A DNA stretch of 64,000 bases, taken from contig CAZFJM010000003.1 in assembly GCA_964519415.1 (NCBI GenBank), positions 5,668-69,667 of the forward strand, written 5' to 3'. Each line of letters starts with the position of its first letter. Position 1 is the first letter of the stretch. This document shows, piece after piece, positions 38,170 to 46,658 of the stretch. Under the pieces are notes generated by a model. The model saw nothing but the letters and a program-made list of their open reading frames with translations, was not told where the DNA came from and made no database searches. The position numbers and the translations under genes were made by a program. This stretch comes from Candidatus Woesearchaeota archaeon (lineage in GTDB: Archaea; Nanobdellota; Nanobdellia; Pacearchaeales; GW2011-AR1).

Positions 38170-38820
38170 TTAAATAACTTTGTTTAACTTGTTTACACTT
38201 TCAATAACATACTTTGCACCTGCCTTTCGCAAATCTTTTGAAGAAGTATATCCTGTTAAAACTCCAACAGAATCTATTTTTGCTCTTTTTGCTGCAATCT
38301 GATCAAAGACAGAATCTCCAACCATTAAGCATTCAGAAGGTTCAACTTTCAATTTTTTTATTACTTTTAATAATTCATCTGGTGCAGGTTTTGCTCTTTC
38401 AACTTCATCAACACATACAACATAATTAAATTCTTTTTGGAATTCTTTGTCTGTTGAACCTAAGTATGATTTTCTAGAAGAGCCAGTAACAATTGCAGTT
38501 TTGTAATTTTTCTTAATCATTTGAACCGTTTTTCTTACGCCTTTTATTGCAATATCTCTGTTCTTAATAAGTTCAAAGAAGTATTTTCTTCTTTCATCTC
38601 GCATTTTTAAGATATTGTCCTTAATTTTGTACTTTTTATTCAAAAAATTAATAATTTCTGCAGCAGGTAAACCCATTAGAGACTTAAGTTCACTAATATT
38701 TAATTTTTCCCCTCTAGATAAATATAATTTCTCAAAAGCTTTTATATGATAAGGGGTAGAATCAATTAAAGTGCCATCTAAATCAAAGATAATTACAGAA
38801 TACTTTCTAGCCTCTTTCAT
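38170..38820 (-). CDS. HAD-superfamily hydrolase (beta-phosphoglucomutase-like)
   Basis: VIIFDLDGTLIDS motif I, later TGSSR and GDSVFD motifs. Confidence 0.75.
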   Translation of the reverse strand: MKEARKYSVIIFDLDGTLIDSTPYHIKAFEKLYLSRGEKLNISELKSLMGLPAAEIINFLNKKYKIKDNILKMRDERRKYFFELIKNRDIAIKGVRKTVQMIKKNYKTAIVTGSSRKSYLGSTDKEFQKEFNYVVCVDEVERAKPAPDELLKVIKKLKVEPSECLMVGDSVFDQIAAKRAKIDSVGVLTGYTSSKDLRKAGAKYVIESVNKLNKVI

Positions 38821-38850
38821 ATGATAAAATGTTATTCTTTGTTTATAATT

Positions 38851-39216
38851 TTATCTAAATGTATATACTTTATTTTCAAGACTACTAGAGCTTAACCTTG
38901 GGGGGGCTTCGCCCGCAGCAATTTTATATGTAGCTGGAGCTAGTACTTGTGTAAAAGAAGGGTTTTGCCATTCCGAAATTTTGTTTTCTAATCTTACTAG
39001 GCCATATCCTGAGCATTCCAAAACAATTATGTTATTTTCTATCTTGTATCTTTTTGGAGATAAATTTGCAATCTTAAAAGCCTCTTTTAATTGAGTTTCA
39101 TATTCTTTTTCATGAGACCTATCGCTAGAAAATAAAAGATACATAGCATTATAGTAAAATTCCTCTGGCTTCAAGAATTCCATAACTTTCAAAATTGGAT
39201 CATTATTTCCAAGCAT
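38851..39216 (-). CDS. hypothetical protein, 121 aa
   Basis: ORF track. Confidence 0.3.
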   Translation of the reverse strand: MLGNNDPILKVMEFLKPEEFYYNAMYLLFSSDRSHEKEYETQLKEAFKIANLSPKRYKIENNIIVLECSGYGLVRLENKISEWQNPSFTQVLAPATYKIAAGEAPPRLSSSSLENKVYTFR

Positions 39217-39250
39217 ATTATAAAAAGTTAAATAGGATTTATATTGTTTG

Positions 39251-40153
39251 TTATTTAGTCTCTTTAATCATCATAGCTAAATGATTTAAATCAGCTGCGT
39301 CTTCCACGATTTTAATAGCATGTCTAGCAAAATCAAAAGATTCTTGCTTGGATAAGAGCTCTGCATTTTTTCTGACTTTTTCTTTTATTCTATATATTTT
39401 TTCCATTGTTTCAAAATTATTTGTATAGTAAAAATCAAAAGATAATCCTAGTCCTTCTTTTGAAAGAAGAAGTAACTCTTTTAACTTTTCAGTTTTTTTA
39501 GTTTTTGATCTAATATTTGTTCTCCAAAGACGATGTATTTCATCTCCTATTTTTTCAAGTGAGAAAGAATATGTAAATAAGGCTCTGCCCTTTATAGGGT
39601 CTGAATAAGACATTTTATTTATTGCTCTTTCTAAAAACAAACAGAATTTATTTATTTCCATGTCTCGATTATCCAAACTTTCTTGGGTTTCGCATTCCTT
39701 TCCAAATAGATCTTCAATTGCATAATCATAAAACATCAAAACCATTTGAAAAACTCTTTTGAATATTTCGTCTAAATCAGAATAGTTTCCTCCGCCAATA
39801 TCTTTGATAACATAATTATTTTTGTTTTGAGAAACAAGCGCATATCCGATAAGTTCGGTCATGATGTCTATAATCTTTGAACTAATATCTTCCTTAGATG
39901 TAATTTCAATTTCGTCAATTCCCTTAGCATATAAGGCATGTATTCTCCTGGCCAAGACAATTCGATCCTCATTTTCAAAAACTATATGAGACTTCTTTAT
40001 AGAAACTTCTTTATTGTTTGTAATAATTAAAGACTTGTCTTGCAATAGGACATCTATCTCTGGATTTTTATCAATAGCATTCTGCCTAACCCATTCAATT
40101 GGAAGAGTTATTGTATATGCTTGGTTGGCTTGTTTTATTACTTTTCTTATCAT
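39251..40153 (-). CDS. AbrB-like N-domain plus PhoU-like helical domain regulator
   Basis: N-terminus AYTITLPIEWVRQNAIDKNPEIDVLLQDKSLIIT is swapped-hairpin AbrB/SpoVT-like. The remainder is helical. Confidence 0.4.
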   Translation of the reverse strand: MIRKVIKQANQAYTITLPIEWVRQNAIDKNPEIDVLLQDKSLIITNNKEVSIKKSHIVFENEDRIVLARRIHALYAKGIDEIEITSKEDISSKIIDIMTELIGYALVSQNKNNYVIKDIGGGNYSDLDEIFKRVFQMVLMFYDYAIEDLFGKECETQESLDNRDMEINKFCLFLERAINKMSYSDPIKGRALFTYSFSLEKIGDEIHRLWRTNIRSKTKKTEKLKELLLLSKEGLGLSFDFYYTNNFETMEKIYRIKEKVRKNAELLSKQESFDFARHAIKIVEDAADLNHLAMMIKETK

Positions 40154-40233
40154 TTTATATCAATTATATCATTTATATAAGAAATATATAAATGTTTCTG
40201 TGGCTTCAAGATATTGAAAAGGACAAAAACAAC

Positions 40234-41067
40234 ATGAAAAAACACATCGACTTTCATACACACACAATATATTCGGACGGAATAGGTACACCGGAGTTTA
40301 ACGTACGGCTTGCGAGGCTTTCTGCTTTAGATTATTTAGCTATTACAGATCACGATAAAATAGATGGTTACTATGAAGCTAAAGCTGCAGGAGAAAAATG
40401 GCAACTAGGTATAATTCCTGGAGTTGAAGTAAGTACTGATAGATATCACATTCTAGGTTTAGGAATAGATGTAGAATCGAAGAGTTTCAAAGAATTTTTA
40501 AGATTCTCGGCTGATGAACAAGAAAAAGTATGTCTCGGAAGAGTTAATTTCTTTAGAGGACTTGGTGTGCCAATAACATATGATAAAGTAAAAACAGCAT
40601 TTCCACACGCGAGACTCGGTAAGTTTAATGTACTTATGGCTCTTGATCAAGATAAAGAATGTCAGAAATTCTTTATGAATAAATATGGGGCTGTGCTAAC
40701 GAAAGAGTTTTATGATGAGTTAATAAAAACTGGAAAAGAATCTGACAAGATGACTGCTGTAACTGCAGACATGGCAATCCAACAAATACATTTGGCAAAA
40801 GGGTTAGCATTAATTGCTCATCCATTCAAAGATATTGAAAGTCTGGTAGAACTAGATGAGCTTAAAAAATTAGGGCTTGACGGATTAGAAGTTCAACCAA
40901 ACTACAATGGTAGAAATGCAGAAACAAGAGAATATGCTTTAAGAAATAATATGCTAATAACATATGGTTCTGATTTCCACGGAGGATTATTTGGAAGACA
41001 AATACTAACCAACGAAGGGGAAAATGTTCTAACTAAAAGATTAGCAGAAGCATTAGGAATAAACTAA
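40234..41067 (+). CDS. PHP-domain phosphoesterase
   Basis: IDFHTHTIYSDG, AITDHD and later His/Asp motifs. ATG at 40234 chosen within track ORF 40192..41067. Confidence 0.7.
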   Translation: MKKHIDFHTHTIYSDGIGTPEFNVRLARLSALDYLAITDHDKIDGYYEAKAAGEKWQLGIIPGVEVSTDRYHILGLGIDVESKSFKEFLRFSADEQEKVCLGRVNFFRGLGVPITYDKVKTAFPHARLGKFNVLMALDQDKECQKFFMNKYGAVLTKEFYDELIKTGKESDKMTAVTADMAIQQIHLAKGLALIAHPFKDIESLVELDELKKLGLDGLEVQPNYNGRNAETREYALRNNMLITYGSDFHGGLFGRQILTNEGENVLTKRLAEALGIN

Positions 41068-41837
41068 CTTTTAGCGCTTTTCCAAATCATTTCAAAATGC
41101 TTTCTATAACCGTCAGCAATTTCTTTTTGTCTTACAACTATTGCAAACGGAGAAACCTTATTCCATAGGATAATTGCGATTTTATCTCCATATATATTAA
41201 CAGCCATGGGAGAAGAATACTTTTCAGGAAGATATCTTACTTCTGACAAAGGAATTTTTGGATTTTTTCCTTCAACATCCTTGTTAAAAATAATTTTTGT
41301 TTTTATTTTTTCTTTAACTCTTCTTTTATCAAACCAATGAAAATAAAATTCAAGACCTTCATAAGCTACTTCCGAAGCGCCAATAATTAATATTTCTTTT
41401 TTCTCAGAAAGTTGGTCTTCAAATACGGATTTTAAACCTTCTTTTCCTTTGAAAAATAATGTGTCTCCTCCATTTTTTTCTTTGGCAGAATTAAAAAGTT
41501 CAATCATTTCTGGCAAAATTTCATTCATCTTATTTTCTCTTTCTTCTTCTATTTCTTTAAACCTGGCAGGATTAGCAGCACTAAAAATCTTTTTACCATT
41601 TTCTACCATATATCCAATAAGTCCCTTGCCGATTAGTCTTTCTGTAGTATCATAAATAACTCTTCTGTGAAGTTTTGTTTTCCTAGAGATTGTTCCAGCA
41701 GGGCGCGGCCCAATTTCTAATAATGTTGAATAAACTAGTGCTTCATTTTCTGTCAGCCCAAGAGCCTTTAATTTAGATGCTTCCATACTATAATTTAATA
41801 TTTTTTTCTTTATATATCTTGTGGTGATAATAGTCAC
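41064..41837 (-). CDS. TrmB-family transcriptional regulator
   Basis: LGLTENEALVYSTLLEIGPRPAGTISRKTKLHRRVIYDTTERLIGKGLI is a wHTH plus TrmB-like C-domain. True start may be the internal Met (MEASKL). Confidence 0.6.
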   Translation of the reverse strand: MTIITTRYIKKKILNYSMEASKLKALGLTENEALVYSTLLEIGPRPAGTISRKTKLHRRVIYDTTERLIGKGLIGYMVENGKKIFSAANPARFKEIEEERENKMNEILPEMIELFNSAKEKNGGDTLFFKGKEGLKSVFEDQLSEKKEILIIGASEVAYEGLEFYFHWFDKRRVKEKIKTKIIFNKDVEGKNPKIPLSEVRYLPEKYSSPMAVNIYGDKIAIILWNKVSPFAIVVRQKEIADGYRKHFEMIWKSAKS

Positions 41838-41874
41838 CTCACAAATTCATATAGGTTCACAAGTTAGTCAAAAT

Positions 41875-43014
41875 ATGGTAAACAAAAAACAAACACAAAG
41901 AATTCAAATTGGGAAACCAATTGAATCTATGAATCCAATCTTCATGCGAGCACCGGATGAGAAAATATATGGAGAAATAATTACAACTCATGGCGGAAGA
42001 ACACTTGCAGAAATAAAGCAAGATGGTTATAGATTACAAATTCATAAGAAAGACGGAATTGTTAGAGCATTCACTAGAAGTTTAAATGAAGTTAATCTAG
42101 GTATTTTCCCAGAATTAAATTCTTCTTTAGTAGGTTTGCCAGATTGCATACTTGACACAGAGGTGACTGGATATGGTTTGATAGGTTATGATGGATTTCA
42201 ATCAATAAAAAAGAGATTTAGAAATAAAGTTTCTTCTGAAAGTTTAAAGAAATATTTAGAGTCTAGTTTAACTTCTGAATTTCCGGTAGGCCTTACTGCA
42301 TTCGATACTTTATACTGGGAAGATAAAAAATTAATTAATTTACCTCTAATTGAAAGAAGAAAATTTACTGAAGGAATTTTAGAGCCAAGAATAAATCCAA
42401 GTGTCCAAAGAAGTTTCACGGAAGCCTCAAAATTAGAAGATTGGTTTGTAGAATTAACAGATAGTAAATACGAAGGATTAGTTTGTAAAAATCCAAATTC
42501 ATTATATTTACCCGGAAAAGAAACAACCGAATGGTTAAAACTCAAAAGAGCAGAAACTCTTGATTTAGCAATACTGGGCGTTTATTTAGATGGAGATTCA
42601 ATTTCTCAAGTTCTATGTGGAACTTATAATCAAGTAGAAGGAAGATTTGAAACACTTGCAAAAGTTAATGCAAAACGTGAAGGAGCAAATAAGTCCTTAG
42701 ATAAGCTATTAGATGGAAAATTATGTGAAGTAAAACCTGCAAATTTATTTTTAAATCCAACAATAGAAAAGCATCAAGATCAAATTCCTACTTATTTTAT
42801 TAAACCAGAAAATTCTGCAGTTTTAGAAGTTGCATCTATGAACTGTCATTATGGAAATAATACTTGGCACTCTTGTGGTTATGATGGCACAAACGCTTAT
42901 TCATTAAGAATTGCTTGGCTAAAAAGAATAAGAGAAGATAAAGGCATAGCTGATGTATCAACAACTGAAAAAGTAAGAAAAATGTATTCTGCATTCGGAG
43001 GACAAAATGAGTAA
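41875..43014 (+). CDS. ATP-dependent DNA ligase (minimal, nucleotidyltransferase plus OB)
   Basis: Motif I EIKQDGYR (KxDGxR), motif IV YEGLVCK, motif V EWLKLK. ATG at 41875 within track ORF 41821..43014. Confidence 0.7.
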   Translation: MVNKKQTQRIQIGKPIESMNPIFMRAPDEKIYGEIITTHGGRTLAEIKQDGYRLQIHKKDGIVRAFTRSLNEVNLGIFPELNSSLVGLPDCILDTEVTGYGLIGYDGFQSIKKRFRNKVSSESLKKYLESSLTSEFPVGLTAFDTLYWEDKKLINLPLIERRKFTEGILEPRINPSVQRSFTEASKLEDWFVELTDSKYEGLVCKNPNSLYLPGKETTEWLKLKRAETLDLAILGVYLDGDSISQVLCGTYNQVEGRFETLAKVNAKREGANKSLDKLLDGKLCEVKPANLFLNPTIEKHQDQIPTYFIKPENSAVLEVASMNCHYGNNTWHSCGYDGTNAYSLRIAWLKRIREDKGIADVSTTEKVRKMYSAFGGQNE

Positions 43015-43576
43015 ACTCCTAACTGAATTGCAAATTGAGAAGAACAAGAAAGAAATGTTAAGTTTAGTAAGAGGAATTAAAAGAGAAGGAATTGAAGGCT
43101 TATGCGACTGGCTAAACGAAAGTGATTTCTTTTACGCTCCGGCTAGCACTAGACATCACGGAAATTTTAGGGGCGGTTTAGCGGCACATAGTTACGAAAT
43201 ATACAAAGAATTTGATCGACAATTAGATCATTATGGATTAGAAGTTCCAAAAGAATCAAGAGTTTTAGCTTCTTTTCTACATGATGCTTGTAAAATAGAT
43301 CTATATGTTGAAAACACCTTGAAAGGTGGAAAGACTTCGGAAGCAAAACCATACAAAATAGAAGAAACTTTTCCATTCGGTCATGGTGAACGTTCTGCAC
43401 TTATCGCTCAAAGACACATAAATCTCACTGATCAAGAAGCAATGCTCATAAGATGGCACATGGGTTCCTACGATAAAAGTTTTGAAGCTTATCAAGATGC
43501 AATAGAAAAGACTCATCCAGAATGTGTTTTATTTTATCATATTGATCATGAAGTTTCTCTTTACAGAGGACTTTAA
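43007..43576 (+). CDS. HD-domain phosphohydrolase
   Basis: TRHHGNFRGGLAAHS ... FLHDACK (H..H ... HD..K). Start overlaps the ligase stop. Confidence 0.6.
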   Translation: MSKLLTELQIEKNKKEMLSLVRGIKREGIEGLCDWLNESDFFYAPASTRHHGNFRGGLAAHSYEIYKEFDRQLDHYGLEVPKESRVLASFLHDACKIDLYVENTLKGGKTSEAKPYKIEETFPFGHGERSALIAQRHINLTDQEAMLIRWHMGSYDKSFEAYQDAIEKTHPECVLFYHIDHEVSLYRGL

Positions 43577-43605
43577 CATTAAATAAAATACAATGGAGGA
43601 AAAAA

Positions 43606-44076
43606 ATGACAGAACAACTTGAAAAACAGCTTGTAAGTTTAATCGCAGCAGATAGAATTGAGATACCAATTTCTAGCATGTCTGGTAAACTTAAAAGAAT
43701 GAAACCAAAATTAGCAAATGCTATTGAATTACCTGGAGCTGATTACTCTGGAGAAAGAGTTTATGCAAGAGTTGAAGTAGAAGATAAGCTTAAGGCAAGA
43801 ACAATGTCTGAAGCAGTAAGTGATTTTTGTACGGAATATCCAAAATATGGACAAGTTCTTACTCAAATGATTGAGGACAAACGTGCACAAAAAGAAACAC
43901 ATCTTTACTTCGGAATGAATGATGGTTGCAGATTAACTGCAGATGACTATCTTGGCGTTATGGCTAATTTAGGATTCACAGAAGCACAAGCAAGAAATTT
44001 ATACGAACCTTTAATCGTGACAAGCAGATCTATCTCTAAGAAAAGAGACGAAGAAAGAAGTATACTTATTGCTTAA
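43606..44076 (+). CDS. hypothetical protein, 156 aa
   Basis: ORF track. Followed by a hairpin plus T-tract. Confidence 0.3.
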   Translation: MTEQLEKQLVSLIAADRIEIPISSMSGKLKRMKPKLANAIELPGADYSGERVYARVEVEDKLKARTMSEAVSDFCTEYPKYGQVLTQMIEDKRAQKETHLYFGMNDGCRLTADDYLGVMANLGFTEAQARNLYEPLIVTSRSISKKRDEERSILIA

Positions 44077-44087
44077 AAAAATTATTT

Positions 44088-44117
44088 GAGCCGAAAAACC
44101 GGCTCTTATTTATTTTA
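44088..44117 (+). terminator. stem-loop GAGCCG-aaaaa-CCGGCTC followed by a T-rich run
   Basis: Perfect 7-bp inverted repeat at 44088-44105 then TTATTTATTTTAT, directly 3' of the 43606..44076 ORF. Confidence 0.4.
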
Positions 44118-44154
44118 TATAAATCCTTAAATACTCTTTTTTTGATATTTATTT

Positions 44155-44763
44155 ATGGAACCCGCACAATATTGCATTGAATCAAAAGAGAATATTGTGA
44201 GATTTATCCAAGACATTTGGACTTCTACTACCTATCCTTCTATGACTGGCGCGCACGATTCTAAATTTCTAGGATTAAAAAAAGAAATTTGGGGAGAGGA
44301 ACTACTAAAAAAGTCTTTATTTGCTGTTGCAATTATGCCAATAGTAAGAGAGTCACAAAGAAAATTCAACTCAGAATATGAGTCAGATGCAAATTCTATT
44401 CATTCTGAATATGAAAACTTGACCTCAGAGTTTCCTATTTATGTAAAGTCAGAATTTTTCCCGAGGTTTAAAATGTCTCAAACTAAACATCTTTCTATTG
44501 GGAATATGACTATTCCTACTTACAAAGTGAATCCTCTTGAAATTGCTACAGATTTATGCGATTATATTGGCGATCTTGAAAGTCTTGCTCTAAAAGGAGT
44601 ATCTGCGCCTATTGTTCCTGAGGTTTTTGATATTTTTTATAGATTTAACAAGTTAATGGAAACAAAATATAAAGAACATGTTCATTTTTTAGATGATCCT
44701 ATTAAAAAAGAGTTATTAGATCATTTTAAGGCAAGATACCCGAACAACACTATTATTTGCTAA
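44155..44763 (+). CDS. hypothetical protein, paralog 1 of a tandem pair, C-terminal Cys
   Basis: MEPAQYCIESKENIV... ~40% identical to the next ORF. First ~45 nt nearly identical at DNA level. Confidence 0.45.
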   Translation: MEPAQYCIESKENIVRFIQDIWTSTTYPSMTGAHDSKFLGLKKEIWGEELLKKSLFAVAIMPIVRESQRKFNSEYESDANSIHSEYENLTSEFPIYVKSEFFPRFKMSQTKHLSIGNMTIPTYKVNPLEIATDLCDYIGDLESLALKGVSAPIVPEVFDIFYRFNKLMETKYKEHVHFLDDPIKKELLDHFKARYPNNTIIC

Positions 44764-44826
44764 CTTTATTTTTTTAATATCTTTTATTGTAATAATACTT
44801 AAATACCTTCTAAAGTAGGTATTTTT

Positions 44827-45420
44827 ATGGAACCTGCACAATATTGCATTAAATCGAAAGAGAATATAGTAAAATTTATCCATGATGTTTGGCCTTATAA
44901 GGCATATCCTTATGTAGTAGAGGCTTATGATTCTAAATATTTAGGATTTAAACGAGAACCTTGGGATGATCTAGCGATAAGAAGTACATTATTTACTATT
45001 GCAGCCGTACCTATTACTCGAGAAAAATTTAGGGTAAAAAGAACAAGTGGCAGCCTAGAAGACTCAGAATTATTCTCTTTCGGAATCCATACTTTAAATG
45101 TAAAACCTGGAAACTTTAAAAGATTTGATACATTTAAGAGAGATGAAATGAAACTAGGGCACAAGACTATTCCTAACTTCGAAACATATCCTCTTGAAAT
45201 TGCTACAGATCTTTATAGCTACATAGAGAATCTTGAGGACCTTGCAAAAAAAGGCGTATGTGCTCCAATATCTCCAGATGTATTTAATATTTTTAATGTA
45301 TTCAATAAGGCAGTAGAAGAGATTCCTAGCGAGCTTGCACATTTCTTAGATGAAAAATATAAGCGCGCTGCTTTGGATTGTTTAAAAGAGACTTTTAAGG
45401 ATTCTCGAGTTATTTGTTAA
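44827..45420 (+). CDS. hypothetical protein, paralog 2 of a tandem pair, C-terminal Cys
   Basis: MEPAQYCIKSKENIV...; shares the PLEIATDL, KGV.API.P.VF.IF block with paralog 1. Confidence 0.45.
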   Translation: MEPAQYCIKSKENIVKFIHDVWPYKAYPYVVEAYDSKYLGFKREPWDDLAIRSTLFTIAAVPITREKFRVKRTSGSLEDSELFSFGIHTLNVKPGNFKRFDTFKRDEMKLGHKTIPNFETYPLEIATDLYSYIENLEDLAKKGVCAPISPDVFNIFNVFNKAVEEIPSELAHFLDEKYKRAALDCLKETFKDSRVIC

Positions 45421-45422
45421 TT

Positions 45423-46580
45423 TTATTTTTTTAATATTTTCTTTGCGTTTCTAACCATTTGTAATTCTTCATTTGTTGGAATTACAAAAACTTTTACTTT
45501 AGATTTTTTATCTGAAATATCTAATTCATTCTTCTTATTTTTAGCTTCATCTAGCTTTAATCCTAAAAATTCTAAATTATCTGCAACATATTTTCTTATA
45601 ACTGCGCTCTTTTCTCCAGCTCCACCAGTAAATACAATAGCATCAACTCCATTCAAAACAGCAACATAAGATCCAACTATTTTTAATAGACTATACAAAT
45701 AAACTTTCATCGCTCTGCCTGATTTTTCACAAGTCATCATGTTCTCTTCCAAGGGTCTCATGTCGCTTGTCAATTCGCTAATTCCTTTCAAGCCAGACTC
45801 TTTATTCAAGATCTTTTCAATTTCTTTGTGTGAAATCTTTTTTTCGTTCATTATATGAAAAATAATTCCAGGGTCAATGGAACCTGAACGAGTTCCCATG
45901 ACATTTCCTTCAAGAGGAGTCATTCCCATAGAAGTATCTAAAGACTTTCCAGCTTTCGTTGCACAAACACTTGCACCATTTCCTAAATGACAAGTAATTA
46001 TTTTTGCTTTTGGATTATCTAAAAGTTTAATCGCTTCTTTCATAACATACTCATGTGAAGAACCGTGAAATCCGTATCTTCTAACTCCGTGTTCTTTATA
46101 CCAAGAGTAAGGAACTCCGTATAGATAAGCTTCTTCGGGTAAATCTGAATGAAAAGAAGTATCAAAAATTGCAACCTGCGGAACTTTTGGAAGTAATTCT
46201 TCCATTATTTCAATTCCCTCAATGTTTGCAGGATTATGAAGTGGTGCAAGTGGAATTAATTTTTTAAGTTCCGCAATTACTTCTTTATTGATTAAAGTAG
46301 GTTTCTTGAATTTCTCTCCGCCATGTACGGTTCGATGAACAATCTGGCCTAAATCAGAGACCATATCTCTTTCTTGTAAAATTTCTATAATTTTTTCAAA
46401 AGATTGTTTATGGTTTTCTAACTTAACAATGATTTCTTTTTTATCTCCATTCTCTTTGATTTTTATCTTAGAGTTCGCACTTCCAATCTCTTCACATAAT
46501 CCAGAAAGAACTGTATCTTCATTCTCAAATACTTGAAACTTTACTGAACTTGAACCCGCATTAATTACTAATGATTTCAT
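45423..46580 (-). CDS. ackA: acetate kinase
   Basis: MKSLVINAGSSSVKFQVFE N-terminus and HLGNGASV motifs. 385 aa. Confidence 0.8.
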   Translation of the reverse strand: MKSLVINAGSSSVKFQVFENEDTVLSGLCEEIGSANSKIKIKENGDKKEIIVKLENHKQSFEKIIEILQERDMVSDLGQIVHRTVHGGEKFKKPTLINKEVIAELKKLIPLAPLHNPANIEGIEIMEELLPKVPQVAIFDTSFHSDLPEEAYLYGVPYSWYKEHGVRRYGFHGSSHEYVMKEAIKLLDNPKAKIITCHLGNGASVCATKAGKSLDTSMGMTPLEGNVMGTRSGSIDPGIIFHIMNEKKISHKEIEKILNKESGLKGISELTSDMRPLEENMMTCEKSGRAMKVYLYSLLKIVGSYVAVLNGVDAIVFTGGAGEKSAVIRKYVADNLEFLGLKLDEAKNKKNELDISDKKSKVKVFVIPTNEELQMVRNAKKILKK

Positions 46581-46658
46581 ATTAAAAATAAATTTAGTTG
46601 GTTTTTAAATCAAACTGTCTATAGTTATATTTTTATACGCTTCTTTCTTTAGTAAAAT

